Origin: Cyanobacteria bacterium auto_48_18
Lineage (GTDB): Bacteria > Cyanobacteriota > Vampirovibrionia > Obscuribacterales > Obscuribacteraceae
NCBI GenBank assembly: GCA_036170915.1
Contig: JAVHQC010000015.1
Span: 115,798 to 179,797 of the forward strand
Direction: 5' to 3'
Length of the DNA stretch: 64,000 bases
Shown here: positions 1 to 8,873 of the stretch, in pieces
Numbering within the stretch: the first letter of the stretch is position 1
Layout of the letters: each line of letters opens with the position of its first letter
Notes under the pieces: model-generated
The model's database searches: none
What the model was told of the DNA's origin: nothing
Seen by the model: only the letters and a program-made list of their open reading frames with translations
Translations under genes and position numbers: made by a program

Positions 1-468
1 TCCCACCAACATCATCGGATAGGTAATATCGTGTGGTATCAATTTCTCTTTAAAATCGGTCACCGTCACCGCTATTAAAGTAGAAACGAAAACCAGCATA
101 TAAAGAGCGATGGTGCTGCGATCAACGTCTACTTCCACAGGGGTGGTGCCAAAAAAATGCACTACAGCAACGAAAGCTATGGCCGTGACAATTTCCACTG
201 CCGGATAATGCCAGTGAATGGAAGCACTGCAATAACGACACTTGCCACCCAGGAAAAAGTAGGAAAAAACTGGAATAAGATCGCCTATGCCCAGTCTGTG
301 CTCGCATTTTGTACACTGTGAAGGCGGCTTCCAGATAGACTGCCCTGCTAACGATCTAATTGCCACCACATTGAGAAAACTACCAACGCACAGGCCAATT
401 AATCCGGTCAATAGCTCCAGATATGGTGACGGCAGATCATAAATACTTGGCAGATAAAAATACGGCAT
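1..468 (-). CDS. pilD: Prepilin peptidase/N-methyltransferase (3' part runs off window start)
   Basis: Not in ORF track. Own translation from ATG at 468: MPYFYLPSIYDLPSPYLELLTGLIGLCVGSFLNVVAIR...SQCTKCEHRL..DLIPVFSYFFLGGKCRYCSASIHWHYPAVE...TDFKEKLIPHDIT; GSFLNVV plus two CxxC pairs are the A24A N-terminal signature. Confidence 0.95.
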   Translation of the reverse strand, partial: MPYFYLPSIYDLPSPYLELLTGLIGLCVGSFLNVVAIRSLAGQSIWKPPSQCTKCEHRLGIGDLIPVFSYFFLGGKCRYCSASIHWHYPAVEIVTAIAFVAVVHFFGTTPVEVDVDRSTIALYMLVFVSTLIAVTVTDFKEKLIPHDITYPMMLVG

Positions 469-480
469 TTCAATTTTGGC

Positions 481-1287
481 TTAAGGAAGTTCTCGACGCT
501 CATTGATTAAGGCTGAGAGTACTAACAAAATGATGACATATGCCAGTATGTAAGTAGTGAGGTAAATAAGCAACTCGCCTTGACCACCACCGGTGGTGAG
601 CGCGCGTCCGTACATAAGCTCTGAGCGCACTCGTGTCAGGCTCTGCAAATCTGGCATGAGCCAATAAAGAGCTGCAAAAAATTTGGACACGGCAGGATTA
701 GTAGACATTTTCGCCAAGTCTTGCAAAGAGGCGCAGCTATGCCCCACCAGCCAGAAACAAAGAGTAAATAAGACACTCATGATTGGCGTAGAGAAAGTTG
801 AGAAAAGTGACGCCGAAGCAATGATGAAAAGCAACTCGAGATAGACCAGAGCCAGTGAAAGGGCCAGCCAAGGCAGATGAGTAAGAGCGTTCGCCGGGCT
901 GGTTGGATCGACAAAACCAACTAAAGCACCAAGAAATCCGCCCATCATCAAGATGATAATTAGTAGACAGGACGCCAGGCCAAGATATTTTCCGAGAATA
1001 AATTGCCACGACTTGACCGGTTTAGAAAAAATCAAATAAATGGTGCGTCGCTCAAGCTCTTTGAAAACCAGGTTAGCACCGGAAAAAACAGCGATGATGC
1101 CACCAATCAATGAAATCGCGGCTAAGCCAAGATCTTCTACGATGCGAATATCTTGACCAACAGATAAGGTGCCGAGCAAAATGCCAAATAGCGAAATCAA
1201 ACAAGCGAACACAAAAAATGCGTAGATAATTTTATCGCGCAGCACTTCGCGAAATGTGTTCAAGGCGATGGCGGCAATGATCTGCAT
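481..1287 (-). CDS. ABC-2 type transporter permease, PilI-like
   Basis: IALNTFREVLRDK start, KELERRTIYLIFSKPV..QFILGKYLG motif, about 6 TM helices; lies between ABC ATPase and pilD. Confidence 0.85.
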   Translation of the reverse strand: MQIIAAIALNTFREVLRDKIIYAFFVFACLISLFGILLGTLSVGQDIRIVEDLGLAAISLIGGIIAVFSGANLVFKELERRTIYLIFSKPVKSWQFILGKYLGLASCLLIIILMMGGFLGALVGFVDPTSPANALTHLPWLALSLALVYLELLFIIASASLFSTFSTPIMSVLFTLCFWLVGHSCASLQDLAKMSTNPAVSKFFAALYWLMPDLQSLTRVRSELMYGRALTTGGGQGELLIYLTTYILAYVIILLVLSALINERRELP

Positions 1288-1292
1288 AGTGT

Positions 1293-2099
1293 CTAATTCT
1301 GCTCAGAGTGCGGCTTTGAGTCTTTGCTTGGGTGCATGGCGGCCTGTACGTGTTCAAGGAAAAAGTCTTCCAGCGCTTTAAAATTGCCACCTTCGGCGAT
1401 ATCAGACACAGGTGAATCTGCCACCATTTTTCCATTAACCAGTAACCCTACACGGTCGCAAAGTTCACCCACATCAGGCAGCAAGTGTGAGTTGAAAAAG
1501 ATGGTTTTACCCTCGGCCTTGAGTTCATGCAGAATGCGCCGCACATCCATTCGCCCTAATGGGTCAAGGCCACTCATGGGCTCGTCGAGAAAGAGAATTT
1601 GCGGGTCGTTTATTAGTGCCTGGGCGATGCCGAGCCTCTGCAGCATGCCTTTAGAATATTTGCCCGTTGGTTTATCGCAGGCATCAACCAGTGAAACTTT
1701 TTCCACCAAATTTTTCACTCTGGTTTCAATCAAATCGTCGGGCAGAGAAAAAAGCTTGCCCACAAAAGTGAGAAATTCGCGACCGGTGAGATGTGAGTAA
1801 AAATAGGGATTTTCGGGCAAAAAACCAATCCGTGCCAGATTTTCGCGCTGGCTGCTGGGTGCGCCCAGAACTTTTGCCTCACCTTCGTCAGGTCGCAGCA
1901 AACCCAATAGCAATTTCACCGTAGTGGTTTTGCCGGCACCATTAGGGCCAATCAAACCATAAGTCTGGCCGGCATAAATCTGCAGGTTGAGCCCGTCAAG
2001 CACACGCGTGCGCTTTTTAAGAAAGCTCGAGAGCCTGTCTTTAGTTAAGTTAACGGCCTCGATGACAACCTGGGGAGTGTCTACAGAGAACTCTGTCAA
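1293..2099 (-). CDS. ABC transporter ATP-binding protein, PilH-like
   Basis: Walker A GPNGAGKTT, signature YSKGM, Walker B ILFLDEP, H-loop NSH; GFLPENPYFY. Confidence 0.93.
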   Translation of the reverse strand: MTEFSVDTPQVVIEAVNLTKDRLSSFLKKRTRVLDGLNLQIYAGQTYGLIGPNGAGKTTTVKLLLGLLRPDEGEAKVLGAPSSQRENLARIGFLPENPYFYSHLTGREFLTFVGKLFSLPDDLIETRVKNLVEKVSLVDACDKPTGKYSKGMLQRLGIAQALINDPQILFLDEPMSGLDPLGRMDVRRILHELKAEGKTIFFNSHLLPDVGELCDRVGLLVNGKMVADSPVSDIAEGGNFKALEDFFLEHVQAAMHPSKDSKPHSEQN

Positions 2100-2105
2100 A
2101 GACCA

Positions 2106-3005
2106 TTACCCGCCTTTTGGACCGGCCTTTTTACTCAGCGTAATGATTTTGTTCAGCTCGGTGGTGGCTGCTCGTAGTCTTCGGGATACTTGCATCTGTG
2201 AAATGCCAAGGCGACGTGCTACTTCTGTTTGGCTGAGATCTTCATAGAAGGTCAGTTGAACCACTTCTCTCAAGCCGTCACGCAATTGTTTAATTGCTTC
2301 GGCCAGCATGAAACGGTCTTCTTTGGCTAGCTGATTGCTTTGATATTTGGCATCAACCAGTGTGTCGATAAGAGACTGCTCGCTACCAGCATCATTGGAA
2401 AGAGCCTGGTCAAGCGATATTAGCGTGCGTCTGCGGTCAACTTCATAGGCTTCGTTGACGCGGCTAACAGGAATTTGCAAATCATTGGCAATTTCTACGT
2501 CTGAGGGCTCTCTGCCCAATTTGGCTGTCAGGCCTTGCACAAGACGGTTGATACGGAAGGAAAGCTCTTGCAATTCGCGAGGGGCACGAATCATGGCGGT
2601 TTTATCGCGCAGATAGTGTCTGATTTCGCCAGTAATTAAGTGTGTGGCATAAGTTTGGAACTTAGCGCCGGCATCAGGCTTAAACTGATCTACCGCCTTT
2701 ATCAGGCCAATTGAACCTACTTGAATTAGATCTTCGACAGGGTCAGTAGAGCGACGGGCCAGGCCGTAGGCAATGCGCTTTACCAGTGGCAAAGCGGCTT
2801 GAATAATTGAGTCGCGCAGAGCAGGATCCCGAGCTTCAGCATAGAGTGCCAGCCAATTATGAATTTGGTCTGGGCCTTTAGGCGCCGAAACGTTTTTGGG
2901 CTCTAGGTCGTTGCTCACCACTATCGACGTCTCAACCATTGTACTGACTGTAATATTTGAGCTTGTATCCATATCTATAATCATAACCTTCAGGCAGATT
3001 ACCAA
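2106..3005 (-). CDS. sigF: RNA polymerase sigma factor, SigB/SigF/SigG family (cyanobacterial SigF-like); real start may be ATG 2972 or 2939
   Basis: Region 2 EDLIQVGSIGLIKAVDQF..TYA..ITGEIRHYLRD; region 4 LSQTEVARRLGISQMQVSRRLR. Confidence 0.8.
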   Translation of the reverse strand: MVICLKVMIIDMDTSSNITVSTMVETSIVVSNDLEPKNVSAPKGPDQIHNWLALYAEARDPALRDSIIQAALPLVKRIAYGLARRSTDPVEDLIQVGSIGLIKAVDQFKPDAGAKFQTYATHLITGEIRHYLRDKTAMIRAPRELQELSFRINRLVQGLTAKLGREPSDVEIANDLQIPVSRVNEAYEVDRRRTLISLDQALSNDAGSEQSLIDTLVDAKYQSNQLAKEDRFMLAEAIKQLRDGLREVVQLTFYEDLSQTEVARRLGISQMQVSRRLRAATTELNKIITLSKKAGPKGG

Positions 3006-3114
3006 ACAACAAAGAGAAATGCTTCTAATTTAAACCACGGTGTTTATGGACGCAAAATCTCCAACGAATAAAGAGTGTAAATGCGCCAGAGCTCCGCCGG
3101 ATATCTATTAAGTA

Positions 3115-3120
3115 ATTATA
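3115..3120 (-). promoter_or_regulatory. Candidate -10 element (TATAAT) for sigF-like operon
   Basis: Perfect TATAAT on minus strand 110 nt upstream of the ORF start; no consensus -35. Confidence 0.35.
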
Positions 3121-3261
3121 ATGTCGGGCCAACCCCGGTAATTCCCCATCCAGACGCTGTTGGGCCAAGCTTTGATTCAATTTAGATTCAATCAAAGTCG
3201 GAATTGTCAGGTGCGTTGGATTACTTCATTTTAGATCTAACAGCTGATAAATGCTTGGTTC

Positions 3262-3366
3262 GGTTTGAGGCTGCGTTTTGAGCAGAACGTATAAATACTT
3301 AGTTTTACGGCACGGAAATTGGTGGTTTGAAGCCGCATTCTGATCAGAACGTATACGTTCTGGTCA
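3262..3366. repeat. 32-bp imperfect direct repeat (3262-3293, 3324-3355) ending in a 26-bp palindrome with CGTATACG core
   Basis: GGTTTGAGGCTGCGTTTTGAGCAGAACGTATA vs GGTTTGAAGCCGCATTCTGATCAGAACGTATA (27/32); TGATCAGAACGTATACGTTCTGGTCA 3341-3366 with perfect 18-bp core. Confidence 0.85.
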
Positions 3367-3378
3367 AAGAAGAGAGGT

Positions 3379-4217
3379 TTAAGCTCTAATGAGTTCCTGT
3401 TCTTCAAGCAGATCAAGCGTGGCGCTAATCAAATCGAGAGCTCTGTTTAATTGAACTGTATTGGGTGGAATTGCCAGGTCGCACTCCAGCACTCGCTTAT
3501 TGATATTTCTCAAGCTGAAATTACCCGCAGACAATTTTAGTAAGCCTGATAAATGCAAAAGTACGTTTTCAATTCTAGTACTGCTGGTGAAAGCCTCAAC
3601 CAACGCTTTCTCGCTAGAGCAAGCCTTAAAAGCATCATTAAGGTAACAGCCGCTGAACTTTGAAAGATGAATATCTTCAGGTCTTTCATTTATGTTTTTA
3701 GTTACGACTGGTGGACATATGATCTTAAGGAGCGGCCCAACTTTCTCGTTCTTTTCTTTCAGTGTTTTTCTATTTCTTTGCCGTCTGTACCGTCACATCT
3801 GAACAGTTCCAGTGAACAGGTTTTTTTAGGATCGAGTTCGCAGTTCACGAGCAAATGACTGACTGTGGAATCATATTGGGAGCAAGAGATGGAAAACACA
3901 ATTTGCCAGGCTCGATATTTTGCAGTTACTTTCACGGTAGTAAAAAGATAGTCTAACGAATGTGATCGCCGGTGTGTTTCTGCATCAAATTTGTCAGTGT
4001 CGTTAAATAATCTGAAAAAGTTGACCACGGGCGCCACTATTGGTGGCACCATGCCGTCACCCGCCTCCCAGTCCTGCCCGGACATAATTTCGTACTTCCC
4101 ATTGATCTCGCCAGCGAAGTCTTTAAAAAGTTGCGAAGCCTCATCGAATGGCTTTTTTCCGGTCTCGATTGAATTTAGCGTTCGCCAAAAAAATTTGCCG
4201 GCATTAATCATTGACAC
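3379..4217 (-). pseudogene. Hypothetical gene split by an apparent 1-nt frameshift (ORFs 3759-4217 and 3379-3792 frame)
   Basis: Downstream frame is open from 3792 to 3379 with no ATG/GTG/TTG until 3603; overlaps upstream stop at an A5 run (3765-3769). Confidence 0.55.
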
Positions 4218-4231
4218 AACAACACTCCAAA

Positions 4232-5476
4232 TCAGCGCAACTGATTAATCACAGTAAAGATGGGCAGGTACATGCCCACCACCACTGAGCCGACAATGCC
4301 GCCGATGCCCACAACCATGATTGGTTCAAGCAAAGAGGTAAGCGCCTCCACCGAATTCTCCACTTCCATATCGTAAAAGTCAGCTACTTTCGAAAGCATA
4401 TCGTCTAAGCGGCCTGTTTCTTCGCCCACTGCCACCATCTGCGTCACCATGGGCGGAAACACCCTTGATTTGGCCATGGGTTTAGACAAATTGCCCCCTT
4501 GCCTCACTTCAGCGTAAATTTGTTGTACTGAGTCTGCCACCACGGCATTACCGGCGGTGTCTTTAACTACATCAAGTGCTGTGAGCATGGGCACTCCTGC
4601 TTGCAACAAAGTGCCAAATGTTCGGGCAAAGCGGGCAATAGCCACTCGACCAATCAGGTCGCCGAAAAAAGGCAAACTGAGGAAGAAAAAGTCGATTTGA
4701 AAACGGCCGGTGGTGGTTTTGTAGTAACGCTTAAGCATGTATACGCCAACGGCTGAAGCCAGCAAGAACAGCATCATCCAGACCGAGCGCATATATTGTG
4801 AAAGCAAAATCAAAAACTGCGTGTAAGCGGGCAACTCGCCGCCGATATTTTTAAACAGTCCTTCGAAAATTGGCAGAATAAAAGTGAGCATGCCCCAGAA
4901 AACACCAACGGCAATGACTAGAACTACAGTTGGATAAACCATAGCCGAACGCACTTTTTGATTTAGTTTTGATTTGTACTCAAGAAAGTCTGCCAGGCGC
5001 TTGAGCACATCAGCCAGGATGCCGCCTGTTTCACCAGCCTTGACCATGGAGACATACAATTTATCAAAAATGTCTGAGTGCCTGGCCATGGCATCAGACA
5101 GAGAAAGACCAGATTCAATGGAATGGCGCACGTCATCTAAGGCCTTTTTCAATTTGCGATTTGGACATTGCTCTACAATGATAGTCAAAGTGCGCAGCAT
5201 AGCCACTCCAGAGCTAATCATGGCAGCAAATTGCCGGGAGAACACCACCATGTCTTTCAGGGAGACATGGTCGAATAAACTAATGCTCAAGACTTCTTTT
5301 GAATTGAGCGTTTTGAAAAAGTTGAGAATACTGGCGCCAGCTGTGCGTTCTCTTATCTCTACAACTTCAATGCCCCGCGCTCGCAGTCGCGCCCGTAGCA
5401 CCGCCGGTGATTCCGCTTGACCCACGGCTTCTTTGACGGTGCCGTCGCTTTCTCTAACCTTGTACAGAAATTCCAT
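4232..5476 (-). CDS. pilC: Type IV pilus inner membrane platform protein
   Basis: FSRQFAAMISSGV, LYVSMVKAGETGG, KVRSAMVYP, MVAVGEETGRLDDML, SLLEP..MYLPIF; two T2SSF domains. Confidence 0.96.
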   Translation of the reverse strand: MEFLYKVRESDGTVKEAVGQAESPAVLRARLRARGIEVVEIRERTAGASILNFFKTLNSKEVLSISLFDHVSLKDMVVFSRQFAAMISSGVAMLRTLTIIVEQCPNRKLKKALDDVRHSIESGLSLSDAMARHSDIFDKLYVSMVKAGETGGILADVLKRLADFLEYKSKLNQKVRSAMVYPTVVLVIAVGVFWGMLTFILPIFEGLFKNIGGELPAYTQFLILLSQYMRSVWMMLFLLASAVGVYMLKRYYKTTTGRFQIDFFFLSLPFFGDLIGRVAIARFARTFGTLLQAGVPMLTALDVVKDTAGNAVVADSVQQIYAEVRQGGNLSKPMAKSRVFPPMVTQMVAVGEETGRLDDMLSKVADFYDMEVENSVEALTSLLEPIMVVGIGGIVGSVVVGMYLPIFTVINQLR

Positions 5477-5479
5477 TGT

Positions 5480-6634
5480 TTATAGTCTTCCGAAACTACT
5501 GCCGCCATAGCCTTTTTCCATGCGGGCCGGCTCAGGTTTGCTCATGGGGCGATTGCCTATTAATTGTTCCAGATCTTCTGGTCTGCTCGATTTACTTATT
5601 GCTTCGGCAAAGGTGACTTTGCCCTGTTTAACAAGCAAAGCCAGTGAAGCTTCTAAAGTTTGCATACCTAGAGCTGAGCCCATTTGCATGCTGGCGTACA
5701 TTTGCGCTGTTTTGGCTTCGCGAATTAAGTTGGCCACCGCCGGTGTGTTCATCAATATTTCTAAAGCGATAATGCGCCCGGAGGTCACCGGTGAATCCCC
5801 CGCCGCATCGTCTGCTCTGGGCAAGAGGCTCTGGCTGATAACGGCCACCAGCGCGTGCGAAAGCATAATGCGAATTTGTTGCTGCTGCTCTGGCGGGAAG
5901 ACATCAATAATGCGATCTACCGATTGTGGTGCCGAACTTGTGTGGATGGTGCTGAAGACCAGGTGACCTGTTTCAGCGGCAGTCAAGGCCAGATGAATGG
6001 TGTCCAGATCGCGCATTTCACCCACCAGTATGATGTCGGGATCTTCTCGCAAACCAGATCGTAAAGCGTTGGCAAAACTTTTGGTATCAGAACCCACTTC
6101 GCGCTGAGAAACAATTGATTTTTTATTGCTGTGAATAAATTCAATCGGGTCTTCAATAGTAAGAATATGTTTTGACTCAGTTTCGTTAATCGAATTGATC
6201 ATGGAAGCTAGAGTGGTTGATTTACCCGAGCCTGTAGGGCCGGTGACCAGAACCAAACCGCGCGGCTTTTGAATAATTTCTTTGCAAATAGGCAAAAGCC
6301 CCAGTTCGTCAATTGAAGGAATGCGCGATAGCACCACCCGCAGTGCGGCAGCAAATGAGCCGCGATCTTTATAGACATTGACGCGAAAACGCCCCAGCCC
6401 GTCAACACCAAAGCCGCAGTCAAGTTCTAAATTAGCTTCGGCATAACGCCTCTGATCTTCTGTCAGGCAAGAAAAGACCAGGCGCTTAACGTCTTCTGGC
6501 GTCAGTTCCGGTAAGCTTGTGCGAATCAGCTTGCCGGCCACGCGAATGATAGGCGGTTCTTTGGCTTTAAGGTGCAAATCAGAAGCAGTGCGGTCGACTA
6601 CCAGTTGCAGAAGTTCCTGCATTTCAATCGACAT
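5480..6634 (-). CDS. pilT: Type IV pilus retraction ATPase
   Basis: ASDLHL, GRFRVN, GPTGSGKSTT, TIEDPIE, LREDPDIILVGEMRD, AAETGHLVFSTIH, NLIREAK. Confidence 0.96.
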   Translation of the reverse strand: MSIEMQELLQLVVDRTASDLHLKAKEPPIIRVAGKLIRTSLPELTPEDVKRLVFSCLTEDQRRYAEANLELDCGFGVDGLGRFRVNVYKDRGSFAAALRVVLSRIPSIDELGLLPICKEIIQKPRGLVLVTGPTGSGKSTTLASMINSINETESKHILTIEDPIEFIHSNKKSIVSQREVGSDTKSFANALRSGLREDPDIILVGEMRDLDTIHLALTAAETGHLVFSTIHTSSAPQSVDRIIDVFPPEQQQQIRIMLSHALVAVISQSLLPRADDAAGDSPVTSGRIIALEILMNTPAVANLIREAKTAQMYASMQMGSALGMQTLEASLALLVKQGKVTFAEAISKSSRPEDLEQLIGNRPMSKPEPARMEKGYGGSSFGRL

Positions 6635-6650
6635 TTGAGAGCTCCTTATA

Positions 6651-8720
6651 TTAGTTGGTGTTCGAGTATGAGGCTAAGCGCGTGGCCTGGCAATACGGGC
6701 AAACCTGCCATTCGCCGTAAATCTCGGCATCACAGTTTTTGCAACAAAATTCGTGTTCGCTCTCGGCTTTAGAGAGGCCGCATTTTGGACAACTGGTCCA
6801 GCCGTCTAATTGCATGGTTCCGCAGCGCAAGCAAGAAAACTTGAGGTCATGCTGACAAAATGGGCACTTGATAAAATCGTCTGATATGGGGTTGCGACAT
6901 TTTCCGCAAAGGGTCTCTTCACCTGAGGTATCTGAAAGAGTCACCCGTACAACTTCATCAGCACTGGTGAGCCCCTGACCCACCAGGCGCACGCTGTAGT
7001 CTTTTAGCGGAATCATGCCTGATTGTTTAGCCGCCAAACGAATTAGCGAGGTGGTAGAGCCTTTGCAAATAAGATCGCGAATCTCATCATTCATTTTCAT
7101 CACTTCAAAGACACCAATGCGATTTTTGTAGCCAGTCTGGTGGCATTCGTCGCAGCCTTTTCCTTTAGCAAAAATCGGCCAACCGTCTTTATCCGTGCGT
7201 AGTTTGTAATACTGGATAGTCGACTCAGCCAGCTTTTCTTGCCCTTTGTCGAGCAAACCAAGATATTCAAGAGCGCTGCGCTCAGGCGAATATTCTTCTT
7301 TGCAATGCAAACAAACGCGGCGTAAAAGTCTCTGGGCAATCACTCCCACTGTGGCCGAAGAAACCAGATACGGATCCACTTCCATTTCTGCCAGTCTGGT
7401 CATCGCCCCTGGTGCGTCATTGGTGTGTAAAGTGGTGAAAACAAGGTGTCCAGTCAGTGCGGCTTCTACCGCGATTTTGGCTGTTTCTCGGTCACGCGTT
7501 TCACCAACAAGTATGATGTCCGGATCTTGCCTCAAGAATGAGCGCAAAATGCGGGCAAAGTCTAAACCTTTTTCACGCAGCACCTGCACTTGGGTGATGC
7601 CTTGCATTTCGTATTCAATTGGATCTTCAGCGGTGAGAATATTCACTTCAGGAGTGTTGCGCTCAGCCAGTGCCGAATAGAGGCTGGTGGTTTTACCTGA
7701 GCCGGTGGGGCCGGTGACGAAAATGATACCGTAAGGTTTGAGCACCATTTCACGAATGGTGGCAAGTGTTTCTTTTTCAGTAATTAGATGATCAAGACCA
7801 AAAGTGGTGCCTGATTTATCTAGCTGCCTCATCACCACTTTTTCGCCATGTTTACTGGGAATGGATGAGACGCGGAAATCAATATCTTTGCCTGAGAAAC
7901 GCACTCGAATGCGGCCATCCTGGGGCAGGCGGCGTTCAGCAATATCAAGGTCAGCCATAATTTTGAAGCGCGAAATCAAGGCAGCGAGAATGGCCTTAGG
8001 TAATTTGCGATCAACAAAAAGCACCCCATCTAAGCGATAACGGACCATTACATATTTGTCTTGCGGTTCGATATGAACGTCAGAACACTGGCGCTTAATT
8101 GCCTTAGCCAAGATTTGATTGGCTAGCTGCACTATAGGAGCATCTTGAGCCTGTTTAGCCAGATCTAAATCGTTGATCGAATCGTCATAGTCGACTAAAA
8201 CATCCAGGCTGGAGAGATCAACTTCTGATTCAATAAAAGTTTGATCCGCCTGTTCTTCCCACTCTTCACTCAGCTCTTCTTGCCGACGCGAATAGACTGT
8301 TTCCATAAAGTGCTGAAAATCGTCTTCAGTACAGACTACGGGCCGAATGGAGACACTCTTGAGTCGATATTTAACATCGTCTAGAGCGAGTAAATTATTA
8401 GGATTAACCATGGCCAGAGTGAGTAATTTGCCATCAACTGATAGTGGCACCACTTGATGTTGGCGCATCACTTTTTCAGGCAATAATTCCAGAGCCGTAT
8501 GATCAGCTTGAGCATTAGCCAGCGAAATATAATTGCAGCCGTATTGAGTCTCTAGTGCAGTCTTCAAATGAGTCTCATTGGCAAGACCAAGACGCGACAA
8601 AATCAGCGAAATCGGCTCGCCGGTTTTCATGCGCTCTTGCTGCACGATTTTCAATTCGTCGCTGGTTATGAGCCCATTGTCTACGAGCAGCTCACCAATT
8701 TCTTTTTTAATCAGAGCCAT
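6651..8720 (-). CDS. pilB: Type IV pilus assembly ATPase with MshEN-like N-terminus and C-terminal triple zinc ribbon
   Basis: IGELLVDNGLI, SDVHIEP, ERRLPQDGR, GPTGSGKTT, LRQDPDIILVGETRD, tetracysteine motif; extra six CxxC at C-terminus. Confidence 0.96.
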   Translation of the reverse strand: MALIKKEIGELLVDNGLITSDELKIVQQERMKTGEPISLILSRLGLANETHLKTALETQYGCNYISLANAQADHTALELLPEKVMRQHQVVPLSVDGKLLTLAMVNPNNLLALDDVKYRLKSVSIRPVVCTEDDFQHFMETVYSRRQEELSEEWEEQADQTFIESEVDLSSLDVLVDYDDSINDLDLAKQAQDAPIVQLANQILAKAIKRQCSDVHIEPQDKYVMVRYRLDGVLFVDRKLPKAILAALISRFKIMADLDIAERRLPQDGRIRVRFSGKDIDFRVSSIPSKHGEKVVMRQLDKSGTTFGLDHLITEKETLATIREMVLKPYGIIFVTGPTGSGKTTSLYSALAERNTPEVNILTAEDPIEYEMQGITQVQVLREKGLDFARILRSFLRQDPDIILVGETRDRETAKIAVEAALTGHLVFTTLHTNDAPGAMTRLAEMEVDPYLVSSATVGVIAQRLLRRVCLHCKEEYSPERSALEYLGLLDKGQEKLAESTIQYYKLRTDKDGWPIFAKGKGCDECHQTGYKNRIGVFEVMKMNDEIRDLICKGSTTSLIRLAAKQSGMIPLKDYSVRLVGQGLTSADEVVRVTLSDTSGEETLCGKCRNPISDDFIKCPFCQHDLKFSCLRCGTMQLDGWTSCPKCGLSKAESEHEFCCKNCDAEIYGEWQVCPYCQATRLASYSNTN

Positions 8721-8729
8721 AGAGATACC

Positions 8730-8764
8730 TTATGAAACACATTATGAAACACATTATGAAACAC
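8730..8764. repeat. 12-bp tandem repeat TTATGAAACACA x2.9 immediately upstream of pilB
   Basis: Units 8730-8741, 8742-8753, 8754-8764. Confidence 0.95.
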
Positions 8765-8873
8765 CGGCCGACCTTGTTGTTATGCCCGGCTAAGGCGTCA
8801 TATCTATCGATTTGGGTAAAGTAACAACAAGCAGTGAGAGGCACTAGCCATCGATTTATCAGACCAACCAGCA

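Noticed and set aside
122..316. 64-aa ORF in the track and the many other short nested or antisense ORFs
   Set aside because: They overlap well-supported genes (here pilD) in another frame or strand and carry no recognisable motifs
8814..8819. GGGTAA as SigF promoter
   Set aside because: On the strand opposite pilB with no supporting upstream element; a hexamer alone is not significant
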